Source: an uncultured Methanosarcinales archaeon
GTDB taxonomy: Archaea; Nanobdellota; Nanobdellia; Woesearchaeales; CG1-02-33-12
Assembly: GCA_964458955.1 (NCBI GenBank)
Contig: CAYWLA010000002.1
Coordinates: 1-36,452 of the forward strand
Direction of reading: 5' to 3'
Length of the DNA stretch: 36,452 nucleotides
Below are positions 17,151 through 26,343 of the stretch, one piece after another (the first letter of the stretch is position 1; each line of letters opens with the position of its first letter). Under the pieces are notes generated by a model. It was not told the DNA's origin and searched no databases. It saw nothing but the letters and a program-made list of their open reading frames with translations. Made by a program: the position numbers and the translations under genes.

Positions 17151-17582
17151 ATGAATAACAAGATTTCAATTATGATTGGTGGTAGTATGACCTTTGCCTC
17201 TAAAATGGAAGAAGCTAAAAAAGTCCTAGAAAAACTAGGTTTTAATGTAAATATCCCTCTTGATACTTATCGTATAATTAAAGACCCAGGAAAAAAATAT
17301 GATATTAAACTCCTAAAAAAATTAGGAGTTGGTAGAGGCGACGCAGAATTAGTAGCAAAAAGCGACGCTTTCTTAGTTTTAAATTACAAAAAAAATGATA
17401 TTAAAGGTTATATTGGTCCTGGAGCTTATCGTGATATCTGTGTAGCTTGGTGGTTAAAAAAGAAAATTTTTTTCCTCTTTCCATACGATGAAACTCAAAA
17501 TAACCACAAATATGAAATGTTAGGATTTGCACCGATAATTTTAGATGGAAAAATTGAAAATATCAAATCTTATTTGTTTTGA
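17151..17582 (+). CDS. Hypothetical protein, nucleoside 2-deoxyribosyltransferase-like / SLOG-type Rossmannoid (tentative)
   Basis: The layout is ISIMIGGSMTF...(helix)...AELVAKSDAFLVLNY....KGYIGPGAYRDICVAWWLKKKIFFLFP. It mimics the NDT-like pattern of an N-terminal G-rich strand, D-x-x-x-x-x-D-a-v-v and G-x-x-x-[ED]-h-x-x-A. This is a weak, by-eye assignment. Confidence 0.35.
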   Translation: MNNKISIMIGGSMTFASKMEEAKKVLEKLGFNVNIPLDTYRIIKDPGKKYDIKLLKKLGVGRGDAELVAKSDAFLVLNYKKNDIKGYIGPGAYRDICVAWWLKKKIFFLFPYDETQNNHKYEMLGFAPIILDGKIENIKSYLF

Positions 17583-17631
17583 AAAACTTAACTCCCTACG
17601 GAAGATATAACAGGAATTCTGATGTTAATAG

Positions 17632-19095
17632 TTATTCCAAATCCCTAAATTCAATCTCTTTATCTATGAGTTTCCTTATAATATCTTTTATCTCAGCTAT
17701 CTTTATTCTAACTTGTTTCGTTGTATCCCTGTCTCTTATTGTAACTGTTTTGTCTTTTAATGAGTCAAAGTCAACTGTTATGCAGAAAGGGGTTCCAATC
17801 TCATCTGCTCTTGCATATCTTCTTCCAATAGAACCAGAGCGGTCATAACTTGTATTAAAGTATTTTTTTAAGTTTGCATGAATTTCCTTTGCTAATTTCT
17901 CAAGCTCTGGCTTGCCCATTAAAGGAAAAATGCCTGCTTTTATCGGAGACAGTTTAGGGTCAAGCTTTAAAACAATATTTCCTCTATTTTTATCATCATT
18001 ATAAGCATCAAACATAAACACAAGGAATGCGCGCCCAACACCAAGGCTTGGCTCTGCAACAACATGCGGAACAATTTTCTTGTTTGTTTCCTGGTCAAAT
18101 ATGCTCAAATCTTTCTTTGAATGCTTTATATGCTGCTGCAAGTCAAAATCACTTCTGTCTGCTATTCCCTCAAGCTCTTTCCATCCAAATGGAAAATTAT
18201 ATTCAATGTCCCAGCAGTCAGAGGAATAATGTGCAAGCTCATCTTTAAGATGCTGTCTTATCCTGAAATTGTCTGGATTTGCCCCGAGGCTGATAAACCA
18301 TTTATGTTCTGTTGCAAGCCAGTATGTAAGCCATTCCGTGTTTATTATCTTGTTTTTTAATGCCTGTTCTATTGTCATCTTTTTAGGATTTTGATTTTTC
18401 TTCTGTGTTTCCTCTGAAAGAACATTTATCTCGTGTTTTAAAACATCTTTTATGAAAGGGCATTTTTTTGCATTATCAGGATGAACAAAATATTCTATTT
18501 CCATCTGCTCAAACTCACGGCATCTGAATAAAAAATCTCTTGGTGATATTTCATTCCTGAATGCCTTGCCAATCTGTGCAATTCCAAAAGGCAGTTTTAA
18601 TCTTGAGCTTTCTGCGACAAGCTTGAAATTTGCGAAGATTAGCTGTGCTGTCTCTGGCCTCAAGTAAGCAGTGCTGCCCTCTACTGGCCCAACATTAGTT
18701 TTGAACATAAGGTTAAGGTCTCCTATAACATCATATTCTCCGCTGCATTCACATTTTAGTTTTCCTATTTCACTCTTGTCTATCTTGTTTGGCTTTTTGC
18801 ATTTTTTGCATTTTACATGGACATCACTGAAGTTTTCGACATGGCCGGAAGCCTCCCAAACACTTGGATTTGTTATAATGCTTCCGTCAATGCCTACTAT
18901 ATCCTCTCTCTCCTGAACATGGAATTTCCACCATTCCATTTTGATATTATTATTTATTTCAACGCAATTCGGCCCAAAGTCAAAGAATCCTGACAGGCCT
19001 CCGTAAATCTCTCCACTAGGAAATACAAGGCCTTTCTTTTTGCAGAAAACGGCCATATCTTCAATTGATAGCTTATTATCTGCCATAATAGACAT
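17632..19095 (-). CDS. glyS: Glycine--tRNA ligase (archaeal/eukaryotic alpha2 type)
   Basis: Supporting motifs are FPSGEIYGGLSGFFDFGP, LRPETAQLIF, FRNEISPR, a class II core and a C-terminal anticodon-binding domain (...GTPFCITVDFDS). Length is 487 aa. Confidence 0.95.
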   Translation of the reverse strand: MSIMADNKLSIEDMAVFCKKKGLVFPSGEIYGGLSGFFDFGPNCVEINNNIKMEWWKFHVQEREDIVGIDGSIITNPSVWEASGHVENFSDVHVKCKKCKKPNKIDKSEIGKLKCECSGEYDVIGDLNLMFKTNVGPVEGSTAYLRPETAQLIFANFKLVAESSRLKLPFGIAQIGKAFRNEISPRDFLFRCREFEQMEIEYFVHPDNAKKCPFIKDVLKHEINVLSEETQKKNQNPKKMTIEQALKNKIINTEWLTYWLATEHKWFISLGANPDNFRIRQHLKDELAHYSSDCWDIEYNFPFGWKELEGIADRSDFDLQQHIKHSKKDLSIFDQETNKKIVPHVVAEPSLGVGRAFLVFMFDAYNDDKNRGNIVLKLDPKLSPIKAGIFPLMGKPELEKLAKEIHANLKKYFNTSYDRSGSIGRRYARADEIGTPFCITVDFDSLKDKTVTIRDRDTTKQVRIKIAEIKDIIRKLIDKEIEFRDLE

Positions 19096-19142
19096 AATTA
19101 AAAACCTCTAATATAAAATTGTTTCTATCTAAGTGGTTCAAC

Positions 19143-19463
19143 ATGGAAACAAACAAATATAATCTGTGTGTTGAATGTTTTATGGAAGAGGCCATTACAA
19201 TTTCAGTGGGAGAGAAAAAGACCTTAAAGCCGGGTTTTATGAAGTGGATGGGCCTTGTATACTGCGGAATGCCAAATGAAAATACTTTTTCTCTGAGCTA
19301 TATGGAGACTGCTGGTTACCAAGGATATGCTCTAAATTTGTTTTATCCAAAGATCATGAGCAAGATAAAAATAAAAAATATTGAGTTTAATGTCTTGAGT
19401 GTAACACCTGAGAAAATCATAATCCAGCAGGTAAAAAACCCATTAGGCAAGAGTTCTTTTTGA
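19143..19463 (+). CDS. Hypothetical protein
   Basis: An ORF from ATG 19143 (the ORF-track start 19119 is TTG) with no recognised motif. Confidence 0.35.
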   Translation: METNKYNLCVECFMEEAITISVGEKKTLKPGFMKWMGLVYCGMPNENTFSLSYMETAGYQGYALNLFYPKIMSKIKIKNIEFNVLSVTPEKIIIQQVKNPLGKSSF

Positions 19464-19472
19464 TTATTTGGC

Positions 19473-19487
19473 AAAAATATTTAAATG
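19473..19487 (+). promoter_or_regulatory. BRE/TATA-like promoter (AAAAATATTTAAATG)
   Basis: It lies ~25 nt upstream of ATG 19508. Confidence 0.4.
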
Positions 19488-19507
19488 ATTGAATTTACCT
19501 AAAATTA

Positions 19508-20005
19508 ATGGAATATGCTGAAAAATTCTCATTCAATGTAAAATGGAATTATAAAACAATTGTCTTATTTTTATCCTTAATGATCCTGCCTAATTTATTA
19601 GGCCTAATAAACTTAAACACTGTTTGGGGTTTTAAGATTCATTTTTTTCAGATAGCTGTTTTTATTGCGGCATTAATATACGGCCCAAAAGGAGGAATGT
19701 TGTCAGGATTAGTTGGTTCTTTGTATTCTGCCTTTGTTATGGGCAATCCATATATTGCAATAGGTAATGCTATTCTTGGATTTTTTGTTGGCTTGTTTGT
19801 AAGATACAAGTTTAATACAATTATTGCAGTAATGTTAGCTTATCTTATTCAGCTGCCATGGTTAATTATCACTGATTATTATTTGGTAAGTTTACCAACC
19901 AATTTTATCTTGAAGTTGATTTTAGCATTGGCAATATCAAATCTGATATGGGCAATAGTAGCAAATTACACTGTAAAACCAATTAAAGAATCCTTAAGAT
20001 GTTAA
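19508..20005 (+). CDS. Polytopic membrane protein, ECF-transporter S-component-like (tentative)
   Basis: It has about 5 TM helices and Gly-rich helices (ALIYGPKGGMLSGLVGSLYSAF, NAILGFFVGLF) reminiscent of ECF substrate-capture subunits. It overlaps the next gene by 7 nt. Confidence 0.45.
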   Translation: MEYAEKFSFNVKWNYKTIVLFLSLMILPNLLGLINLNTVWGFKIHFFQIAVFIAALIYGPKGGMLSGLVGSLYSAFVMGNPYIAIGNAILGFFVGLFVRYKFNTIIAVMLAYLIQLPWLIITDYYLVSLPTNFILKLILALAISNLIWAIVANYTVKPIKESLRC

Positions 20006-20400
20006 GTCCTGATTTTACAAAATACTCCCTTGCATTAATTAAAGATAATAATATTGTATTTTCCTCAGATAAGTCTGGTTTAAGACCTTTAATAGAATGT
20101 GTAAAGAAATATAAATCTAAATTCAAGGATTGCACATTACATGACAAGGTTGTTGGGCTTGCATCCGCCAGGTTTATAGTGTATTCAAATATGATTTCTC
20201 TGGTTATTACTGATGTTGCTTCAAAACCAGCTGAAGAGTTATTAAATAAAAATAATATAATACTAAAATCAAATAAGATTGTTAATAATATTTTAAATAA
20301 AGATAAATCAGCTATCTGTCCAATGGAGATAAAAGCTCAGGGAATAGACAACAATAAGGATTTTTTCTTGGAAATAAATGATATATTTTATCCCTCATGA
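19999..20400 (+). CDS. DUF1893 (TM1506-like) domain protein
   Basis: IVFSSDKSGLRPLIE...LHDKVVGLASARFIVYS...AEELLNKNNI...AICPMEI matches my recollection of the DUF1893 pattern (DKVVGKAAA ... CPME). Confidence 0.55.
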   Translation: MLSPDFTKYSLALIKDNNIVFSSDKSGLRPLIECVKKYKSKFKDCTLHDKVVGLASARFIVYSNMISLVITDVASKPAEELLNKNNIILKSNKIVNNILNKDKSAICPMEIKAQGIDNNKDFFLEINDIFYPS

Positions 20401-20485
20401 TGAATCAAGAGTTATTTCCTTTCGGTCAATCTTTTCCTTTAAGAGAAGTATGGCCAGTGTTGAGGTATTTTCAATTTACTCAAAT

Positions 20486-20500
20486 AAAAGGATATTTATA
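20486..20500 (+). promoter_or_regulatory. BRE/TATA-like promoter (AAAAGGATATTTATA)
   Basis: It lies ~25 nt upstream of ATG 20523. Confidence 0.4.
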
Positions 20501-20522
20501 GAATAAAGTATTATAATTAAAG

Positions 20523-20957
20523 ATGACAAAAAAGATAATAAAAAGGCTAAAGGAGCATTTTAAGGAAGTGCTGGGAATAAAGACTTCTCCCCACTCGATT
20601 GCATTAGGATTTGCAATAGGCACATTCATAGCAATACTTCCCACCTTGGGCTTTACATATCTTATTGCTATTATTGTTATGCTGGCATATGCAAAAGAAA
20701 GCAAGATTGCTCTTTTTGGCGCTTTGCTGCTTTGGAATCCTTTTGTGCTGTTTCCAATTTACACATTGAGCTATAGGCTTGGTGATTTCATACTAAAAGG
20801 TTCTCCTGCAATATATCCTCTGCAGGGGATTGAGCAGTTTAGGTATTCAACTTTAAAGTTTTTAGCAGGAAATTTTATTATAGCAGTGTTTTTTTCTGTA
20901 ACCAGTTATTTTATTATAAGGAAATTAGTAAGCTACAGCAGAAAAACAAAGATTTAA
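20523..20957 (+). CDS. DUF2062-family membrane protein
   Basis: SPHSIALGFAIGTFIAILPTLG followed by further TM helices is typical of DUF2062. Confidence 0.6.
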   Translation: MTKKIIKRLKEHFKEVLGIKTSPHSIALGFAIGTFIAILPTLGFTYLIAIIVMLAYAKESKIALFGALLLWNPFVLFPIYTLSYRLGDFILKGSPAIYPLQGIEQFRYSTLKFLAGNFIIAVFFSVTSYFIIRKLVSYSRKTKI

Positions 20958-20982
20958 AAGCAACTTCTAATAAACGGCCGGG

Positions 20983-22374
20983 ATGGATGACAAAGAAGAA
21001 AAAATAAAAAAGAGCCTTAAGTATTCAATCTTTGACGGGGCATTCTATTGGATGATGGTTGGCTTTGGCGAGTCATTCATTGCAGCATTTGCTGTTTTCC
21101 TCAAGGCAACAAATATCCAGCTTGGATTGCTGAGTTCCCTGCCAAAAGCATTTGGCTCATTATCACAACTTTTCTCAAACTGGCTTATCAGAATTTTCAA
21201 AACAAGGAAAAGAATTGTCTGCATAAGCTCATTCCTTCAGGGATTTATGTACATACCCATTGCGCTTGTTTTTTTCTTTGGTGAGCTTAGCATACCTATT
21301 TTGATAATTTTTGTCTGTCTTTACTGGGTTTTTGGAGTCATAGGAAATCCTGCATGGAGCAGCTGGATGGGTGACCTTGTAAGCGATGAAAACAGGGGAG
21401 ATTATTTTGGAAACAGAAACAAAATCGGAAACCTTGTATCGTTTGTGTCACTTCTTTTGGCAGGCTATATACTCCAAAAGTTTTCAACAGGGACTTTTAT
21501 GGAATATACAGGATTCTCCATAATCTTCTCGCTTGCATTCATTTCAAGGATAATCTCATTTTTTTATCTAACAAAGCAATATGAGCCTGAATATGAGTTT
21601 GCGCCAAATGCAAATTTCAGCTTTATGCAATTTGTTAAGCAGGCAAGGTTCAGAAATTACGGGCTTTTTGTTTTTTATCTCAGTCTGATGAATTTTGGTG
21701 TTTACATATCAGCACCTTTTTTCACTCCTTACATGCTTTATGACCTGAAACTTAATTATACCACATTTACAATGATAACTGCAATCGCACTGATCACAAA
21801 ATTCGCGATGATGCCTGTATGGGGAAAGTTGTCTGACAAATACGGAACAAAAAAAGTTCTTGTACTGGCAGGATTCCTAATGCCTGCAACACCTATTTTA
21901 TGGATTTTTTCAACAAATATCTACTATCTTATGTTTGCACAGGTTTTTGCCGGCTTTTCATGGGCAGGATTTGATATAGCATCATTTAATTTTATTTTTG
22001 ACACCACAAAACGGGAAAAAAGAGCAACCTGTGTTGCTTACTATAATGTGCTCACCGGATTTGCAATATTTGTTGGAGCAATACTTGGTGGATTAATTGT
22101 AAAATACAATTCATTTTTCTGGTCAAAATATTACATTGTTTTCATAATAAGCTTTGTGATGAGGTATGCTGCCTCATTTATATTCCTGCCAAAACTCAGG
22201 GAAGTGAGAATTGTTGAGGAAATATCAAGCCGCAAACTGCTCATGAAAGCACTCACAACAAGGCCTTCAAGCGGCCTAGTCTCAAACATAATGAATTTTA
22301 GGAGAAACAACAATGGAAATGTTAAAAGCCCTCGTTTTATGTTTAAGCTTCCGATGCGCAAGAAAAAACCATAA
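20983..22374 (+). CDS. MFS-type transporter
   Basis: It has about 12 TM helices in two six-helix halves. An MFS-like loop (GKLSDKYGTKKV) opens the second half. Confidence 0.75.
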   Translation: MDDKEEKIKKSLKYSIFDGAFYWMMVGFGESFIAAFAVFLKATNIQLGLLSSLPKAFGSLSQLFSNWLIRIFKTRKRIVCISSFLQGFMYIPIALVFFFGELSIPILIIFVCLYWVFGVIGNPAWSSWMGDLVSDENRGDYFGNRNKIGNLVSFVSLLLAGYILQKFSTGTFMEYTGFSIIFSLAFISRIISFFYLTKQYEPEYEFAPNANFSFMQFVKQARFRNYGLFVFYLSLMNFGVYISAPFFTPYMLYDLKLNYTTFTMITAIALITKFAMMPVWGKLSDKYGTKKVLVLAGFLMPATPILWIFSTNIYYLMFAQVFAGFSWAGFDIASFNFIFDTTKREKRATCVAYYNVLTGFAIFVGAILGGLIVKYNSFFWSKYYIVFIISFVMRYAASFIFLPKLREVRIVEEISSRKLLMKALTTRPSSGLVSNIMNFRRNNNGNVKSPRFMFKLPMRKKKP

Positions 22375-22396
22375 TCAATTAAGAGAAAAGTATGAA

Positions 22397-22620
22397 TTAA
22401 TTTTTTCTGAGCCACTCAATCTCATCCTTGTCAAGCTCAAACTCCTGTGCAATCTTGCCTGATAGCTCTTTGTTTTTTTTAAATATTAAAGATAAGTATG
22501 GCAATGTATCCTGCAATGCCCTTCTTGAAGAGGTATGTGTTTTCTCTGCAATCTTTGATGCAATGCTCTTTCTTTTCTGATGCTTTATGTTTGCTCTCAA
22601 CAGCTTAAGAATTCTTTTTG
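22397..22620 (-). pseudogene. Detached duplicate of the rfcL 3' end (C-terminal ~70 codons)
   Basis: It translates to ...SKRILKLLRANIKHQKRKSIASKIAEKTHTSSRRALQDTLPYLSLIFKKNKELSGKIAQEFELDKDEIEWLRKN*. This is near-identical to the C-terminus of the intact RFC large-subunit gene 1,289 bp away. No upstream RFC domains are present. Confidence 0.85.
22416..22567. repeat. 152-bp perfect direct repeat, copy A
   Basis: It is base-for-base identical to 23705-23856 by hand alignment. Homology continues outside with mismatches. Confidence 0.9.
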
Positions 22621-22623
22621 AAA

Positions 22624-23001
22624 TTATGGTTTTTTAGAATAATTTTTACTCAAAGTTTTATAAGCATCCCTGATTCTCCCAACAAGCCCATAACCAAGTG
22701 TATTGGTTTCTTCAAGTCCTTTTTCTCTTGAAATAATATCTGCTGCTGTAATTAAATTAGTAACCAACAAACCAATACCAGGATTACGTATATAACACAC
22801 ACTCATGGCTATTACTGCAGAAGTCTCAAGAGTTATTGGTAGACTACTTTTACAAAAATTAAGCCAATCTTTTCTCCCATCATATTTTTCCTCTGAAAAT
22901 TCTATTTGTAAAGGGCTATTTAGCAACTCTGTTCTGTTACCTAGCAAATAGTCTCTAATTCCCTGTATTATTTTCTCATAGTTTTCATTCATTTTATACA
23001 A
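22624..23001 (-). CDS. Hypothetical protein (cassette gene 1, 125 aa)
   Basis: An ORF with ATG, transcribed divergently from the 189-aa ORF. It has a central moderately hydrophobic stretch (SAVIAMSVCYIRNPGIGLLVTNLITAADII) and no motif I recognise. Confidence 0.45.
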   Translation of the reverse strand: MYKMNENYEKIIQGIRDYLLGNRTELLNSPLQIEFSEEKYDGRKDWLNFCKSSLPITLETSAVIAMSVCYIRNPGIGLLVTNLITAADIISREKGLEETNTLGYGLVGRIRDAYKTLSKNYSKKP

Positions 23002-23116
23002 ATTAGAATTAATAACAGTTATATAAATCTTTCTCTCATAACTACTTTTTAGGGATAAAAATAGTAAGATTTATAAAGTATAATAAAACTATAATTAAAA
23101 TAATCCTGGATGCAAA

Positions 23117-23686
23117 ATGACAATAGGAAAAAACCAAAATAAAAGTGCTGATATTAAAAATAACAAAAGTTTAGGTTATATTATAAAGGAATTTTCAAAT
23201 ATCAAGGTTGATATTAAGGGAAGGGGCAGCAAGGACTCTTATTATATTGATAATTTAGGGATTCCTCTGAATAATACAAGTGAAACATTGGCATATGCTT
23301 TAGCATCAGAAATTGAAAAAACCAATCGTTTTATAGGTGCAACTATTGATTTCTATGCTAAAGGTGTAAGGGGATATGATGAATCAGAAGATAAATTCCT
23401 TTTTAGGGATCAGTGCTTGCATTGGTTAATTGAATATTTTGCAAAAAAAGAACTTGTTTATGGGATAGTAATAAATCATAAAAAAATTAGCAAAACACCA
23501 AGAATTCTAGAAAGTGCATCACAAATGAAGGAATTTTTTCAAAAGGAAGGTGATTGGCATGACTCAAAGAAAGTTGCAGGAACAATTTTTGTTCCCTCAG
23601 AAAAATATACAAAATATATCTGGGGATTTGATTATAAGTTAAAGGATTTAAAGAGGTTTATTGATTTTAAGCAAAATACTAATTAA
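23117..23686 (+). CDS. Hypothetical protein (cassette gene 2, 189 aa)
   Basis: An ORF with ATG whose stop overlaps the rfcL stop convergently. No motif recognised. Confidence 0.5.
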   Translation: MTIGKNQNKSADIKNNKSLGYIIKEFSNIKVDIKGRGSKDSYYIDNLGIPLNNTSETLAYALASEIEKTNRFIGATIDFYAKGVRGYDESEDKFLFRDQCLHWLIEYFAKKELVYGIVINHKKISKTPRILESASQMKEFFQKEGDWHDSKKVAGTIFVPSEKYTKYIWGFDYKLKDLKRFIDFKQNTN

Positions 23687-24897
23687 TTATTTCTTCCCAA
23701 CCATTCAATCTCATCCTTGTCAAGCTCAAACTCCTGTGCAATCTTGCCTGATAGCTCTTTGTTTTTTTTAAATATTAAAGATAAGTATGGCAATGTATCC
23801 TGCAATGCCCTTCTTGAAGAGGTATGTGTTTTCTCTGCAATCTTTGATGCAATGCTTTTTCTTTTCTGGTACTTCATTTTTGCTCTCCATAGCTTAAGGA
23901 TTCTTGTTGTCGGCTTGTAAGAAGTAAACCCCTTATATTTTTCATCTTTTGCAACAGCAACTCCTGCTGATATCATTGCATTTACATAAATAAGAAATCT
24001 CCAGTGCTGCCACCTTCTTATTCTTCCGTTAAAAACATCTGCCCTTGACAAATAATCATAAGCCCTTGCCAAATCTTCTGGCTTTTGGTATTCATCTGGA
24101 AGGTTCTGGTCAATCCATAAAATCTGCTTGCCAATATCCTCTTCAACATTCTCAAATGCCCTTATTGCAATGTTTATGTCTGTTGTCTTGAAAACTTTCA
24201 TTAATGCGCTAATCATGTTTTCTGTTCTGTTCCTGTCAGAAAGCTCATTTAAATCTTCGTTTTTAAGCTCTTTTTTTTCATGAGCTAATGTCTGCAAATC
24301 GTTTATTGCAGATCTTAAATCTCCTGCAGCATGTCTTGCCAATGATTTTAATGCATCTTCATCAAATTTTATTTTTTCTTCTGCGCATATGCTTTTTAAA
24401 ACAGAGAAAACAGACAGGTAGTTAAGTGTGTGGAATTGAATAAGTTCTGATTTTTTTCTTAATGCATTAAGTTTCTGCTCATAAGGGTTAGTTGCAGTCA
24501 TAATAACCGGAAAGATGCTTTTATCAATTAGTTTTGCAAGTGCAGATATTCCTCCCCTGTCATTTTTTCCTGAAAGCCCATCAATCTCGTCAACAAGGAT
24601 TATTTTATTGTTTGAAAAAAGACTTCTCTGCATTATTGCAGGGCCAAGTGTTGATTCTATGCTGCTCTTGTTCCTGAAGTCAGATGCATTTAATTCAAAG
24701 ACTTCATAGTTTAAATCAGCTGCAATGGCATAAGCAGAGCATGTCTTTCCAACTCCTGACTGGCCATATATAATTGCTGCTTTTTTTTTCTGATTTTTGA
24801 AATTAAGAATAAAGTTTTTTAGTTCTAAGAGTGCCTTGTCATGGCCTTTAAGTTCACTTGTATTTTTTGGCTGGTATTTCTTTGTCCATGGAGTCAT
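23683..24897 (-). CDS. rfcL: Replication factor C large subunit
   Basis: MTPWTKKYQPKNTSELKGHD (the W-x-x-KY-x-P start), Walker A GQSGVGKTCSAY, ELNASDFR and Walker B ILVDEIDG are present. ATG 24897 is preferred over TTG 24909. Confidence 0.9.
   Translation of the reverse strand: MTPWTKKYQPKNTSELKGHDKALLELKNFILNFKNQKKKAAIIYGQSGVGKTCSAYAIAADLNYEVFELNASDFRNKSSIESTLGPAIMQRSLFSNNKIILVDEIDGLSGKNDRGGISALAKLIDKSIFPVIMTATNPYEQKLNALRKKSELIQFHTLNYLSVFSVLKSICAEEKIKFDEDALKSLARHAAGDLRSAINDLQTLAHEKKELKNEDLNELSDRNRTENMISALMKVFKTTDINIAIRAFENVEEDIGKQILWIDQNLPDEYQKPEDLARAYDYLSRADVFNGRIRRWQHWRFLIYVNAMISAGVAVAKDEKYKGFTSYKPTTRILKLWRAKMKYQKRKSIASKIAEKTHTSSRRALQDTLPYLSLIFKKNKELSGKIAQEFELDKDEIEWLGRNN
23705..23856. 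repeat. 152-bp perfect direct repeat, copy B (inside rfcL 3' end)
   Basis: Identical to 22416-22567. Confidence 0.9.
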
Positions 24898-25036
24898 AAA
24901 TAATAACAATAGAAAGGAGTTTATTAAGGTTTTGGTTGAATATCTTTCAATTTAACATGAAAATATTTCTTAAAGTCAATAATCCTGCGAAAAAAACTAG
25001 CAAACCCTTATTAAAAATAATTCTTCATAACATCAT

Positions 25037-26341
25037 ATGGATTTAAACAAATACAGAAGAGACTTAAGAGTTCAGAGAAAAGATATTCTCCTGAATAAGA
25101 TATTTCAAAGTAAAAGAGACAAGAATCCTTTAGAGATTATAATAGAAACAGAAAACAATAGGAAAGTAAAAGAAAATGCAGCAAAAGAGCTTGGAAAGCT
25201 AGGAAAAATAACTCATATCTTCAAAACCATTCCTTATATTGGAATTATCTGCACAGGGGAGGATGCAGAGCAGATATCCAATAAGATCTATAGAAAAGAT
25301 GTTAACAGAATTTTTGAAAAAAGTTTTAGAAATACTCTTAGTGTAATGAAATCAGTTGACCTGTCAAACAAATTCTCAATTATTCCAACAAAAAGTAATT
25401 CAAAGGTTTATTTCAGCCCAAAAGAAAGTTTATGGAACCTTGAAAATATAGGCGCTTATGAAGCACAGAAATCATCAAGAGGAAAAGGAGCAAGTATCGC
25501 AATAATTGACACTGGCGTTGATTATACCCATCCAGAGGTAAGGTCAAACTTTACAAGAAAAAAAGGGCATGATTTTATCAAAGATGATGAAAACCCAATG
25601 GATGAGAATGGGCATGGGACTCATGTTGCAGGAACATGTTCTGGAAAAAACTGCGGTGTTGCACCAGATGCAACATTATATGCTGTAAGGGTTCTTGATG
25701 AAAATGGGTCTGGATCAGACATGACTGTGGCAGCTGGAATTGAGTGGGCAATGCTTAATAATATGGATATTGCAAGTATGAGCCTCGGCGGACCAACAGC
25801 TTCAAGGGCGCTTGAAGAGATATGCAGGCTTGCATCACAGAATAATGTATTGCTTGTTGCAGCCGCAGGAAACAGTTATAAAGGCCCAGAATACCCTGCT
25901 GCTTTTGGTGATTGTGTAATTGCAGTTGCAGCTGTTGACAGGAATAACAAGCATGCTGACTTTAGCAATATTTGGGAAACAAATGATATCTCTGCTCCTG
26001 GTGTTGGGATTTATTCCTCTTACCCTGGCGGGGAATATAGGGTATGGGACGGAACATCAATGGCAACACCACATATTTCAGGAGCTTTAGGATTGCTAAT
26101 ATCCAAGACAAAAAATCCAAACTTTGCTGAGGAAATAATGTATAAAACAGCTAAAAGGCTTGAATCAAGTGAGCCATATGACAACAGCTGGGTGTTTGGT
26201 GCAGGGCTTGTAAGGGCAGACAATATGCTAAAAAATGCTAGTTGCAATGGGAAAATTAATGATATCCTTAGAAGAAAAAATAAAAATTATAATTATACAT
26301 TAAAAAAAGCAGGAAAAATAGCTTGGAGGATAATCTGGTGA
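25037..26341 (+). CDS. Subtilisin-like serine protease (peptidase S8) with N-terminal propeptide
   Basis: The catalytic triad motifs are AIIDTGVDYTHPE (Asp), HGTHVAGT (His) and GTSMATPHISG (Ser). Confidence 0.9.
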   Translation: MDLNKYRRDLRVQRKDILLNKIFQSKRDKNPLEIIIETENNRKVKENAAKELGKLGKITHIFKTIPYIGIICTGEDAEQISNKIYRKDVNRIFEKSFRNTLSVMKSVDLSNKFSIIPTKSNSKVYFSPKESLWNLENIGAYEAQKSSRGKGASIAIIDTGVDYTHPEVRSNFTRKKGHDFIKDDENPMDENGHGTHVAGTCSGKNCGVAPDATLYAVRVLDENGSGSDMTVAAGIEWAMLNNMDIASMSLGGPTASRALEEICRLASQNNVLLVAAAGNSYKGPEYPAAFGDCVIAVAAVDRNNKHADFSNIWETNDISAPGVGIYSSYPGGEYRVWDGTSMATPHISGALGLLISKTKNPNFAEEIMYKTAKRLESSEPYDNSWVFGAGLVRADNMLKNASCNGKINDILRRKNKNYNYTLKKAGKIAWRIIW

Positions 26342-26343
26342 AA

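Noticed and set aside
17579-17848. 89-aa plus-strand ORF overlapping the glyS 3' end
   Set aside because: It lies antisense to the GlyRS anticodon-binding domain and has no signals or motifs.
21048-21284. 78-aa ORF in an alternative frame inside the MFS transporter gene
   Set aside because: It is same-strand and out of frame within a continuous 12-TM transporter ORF, with no independent support.
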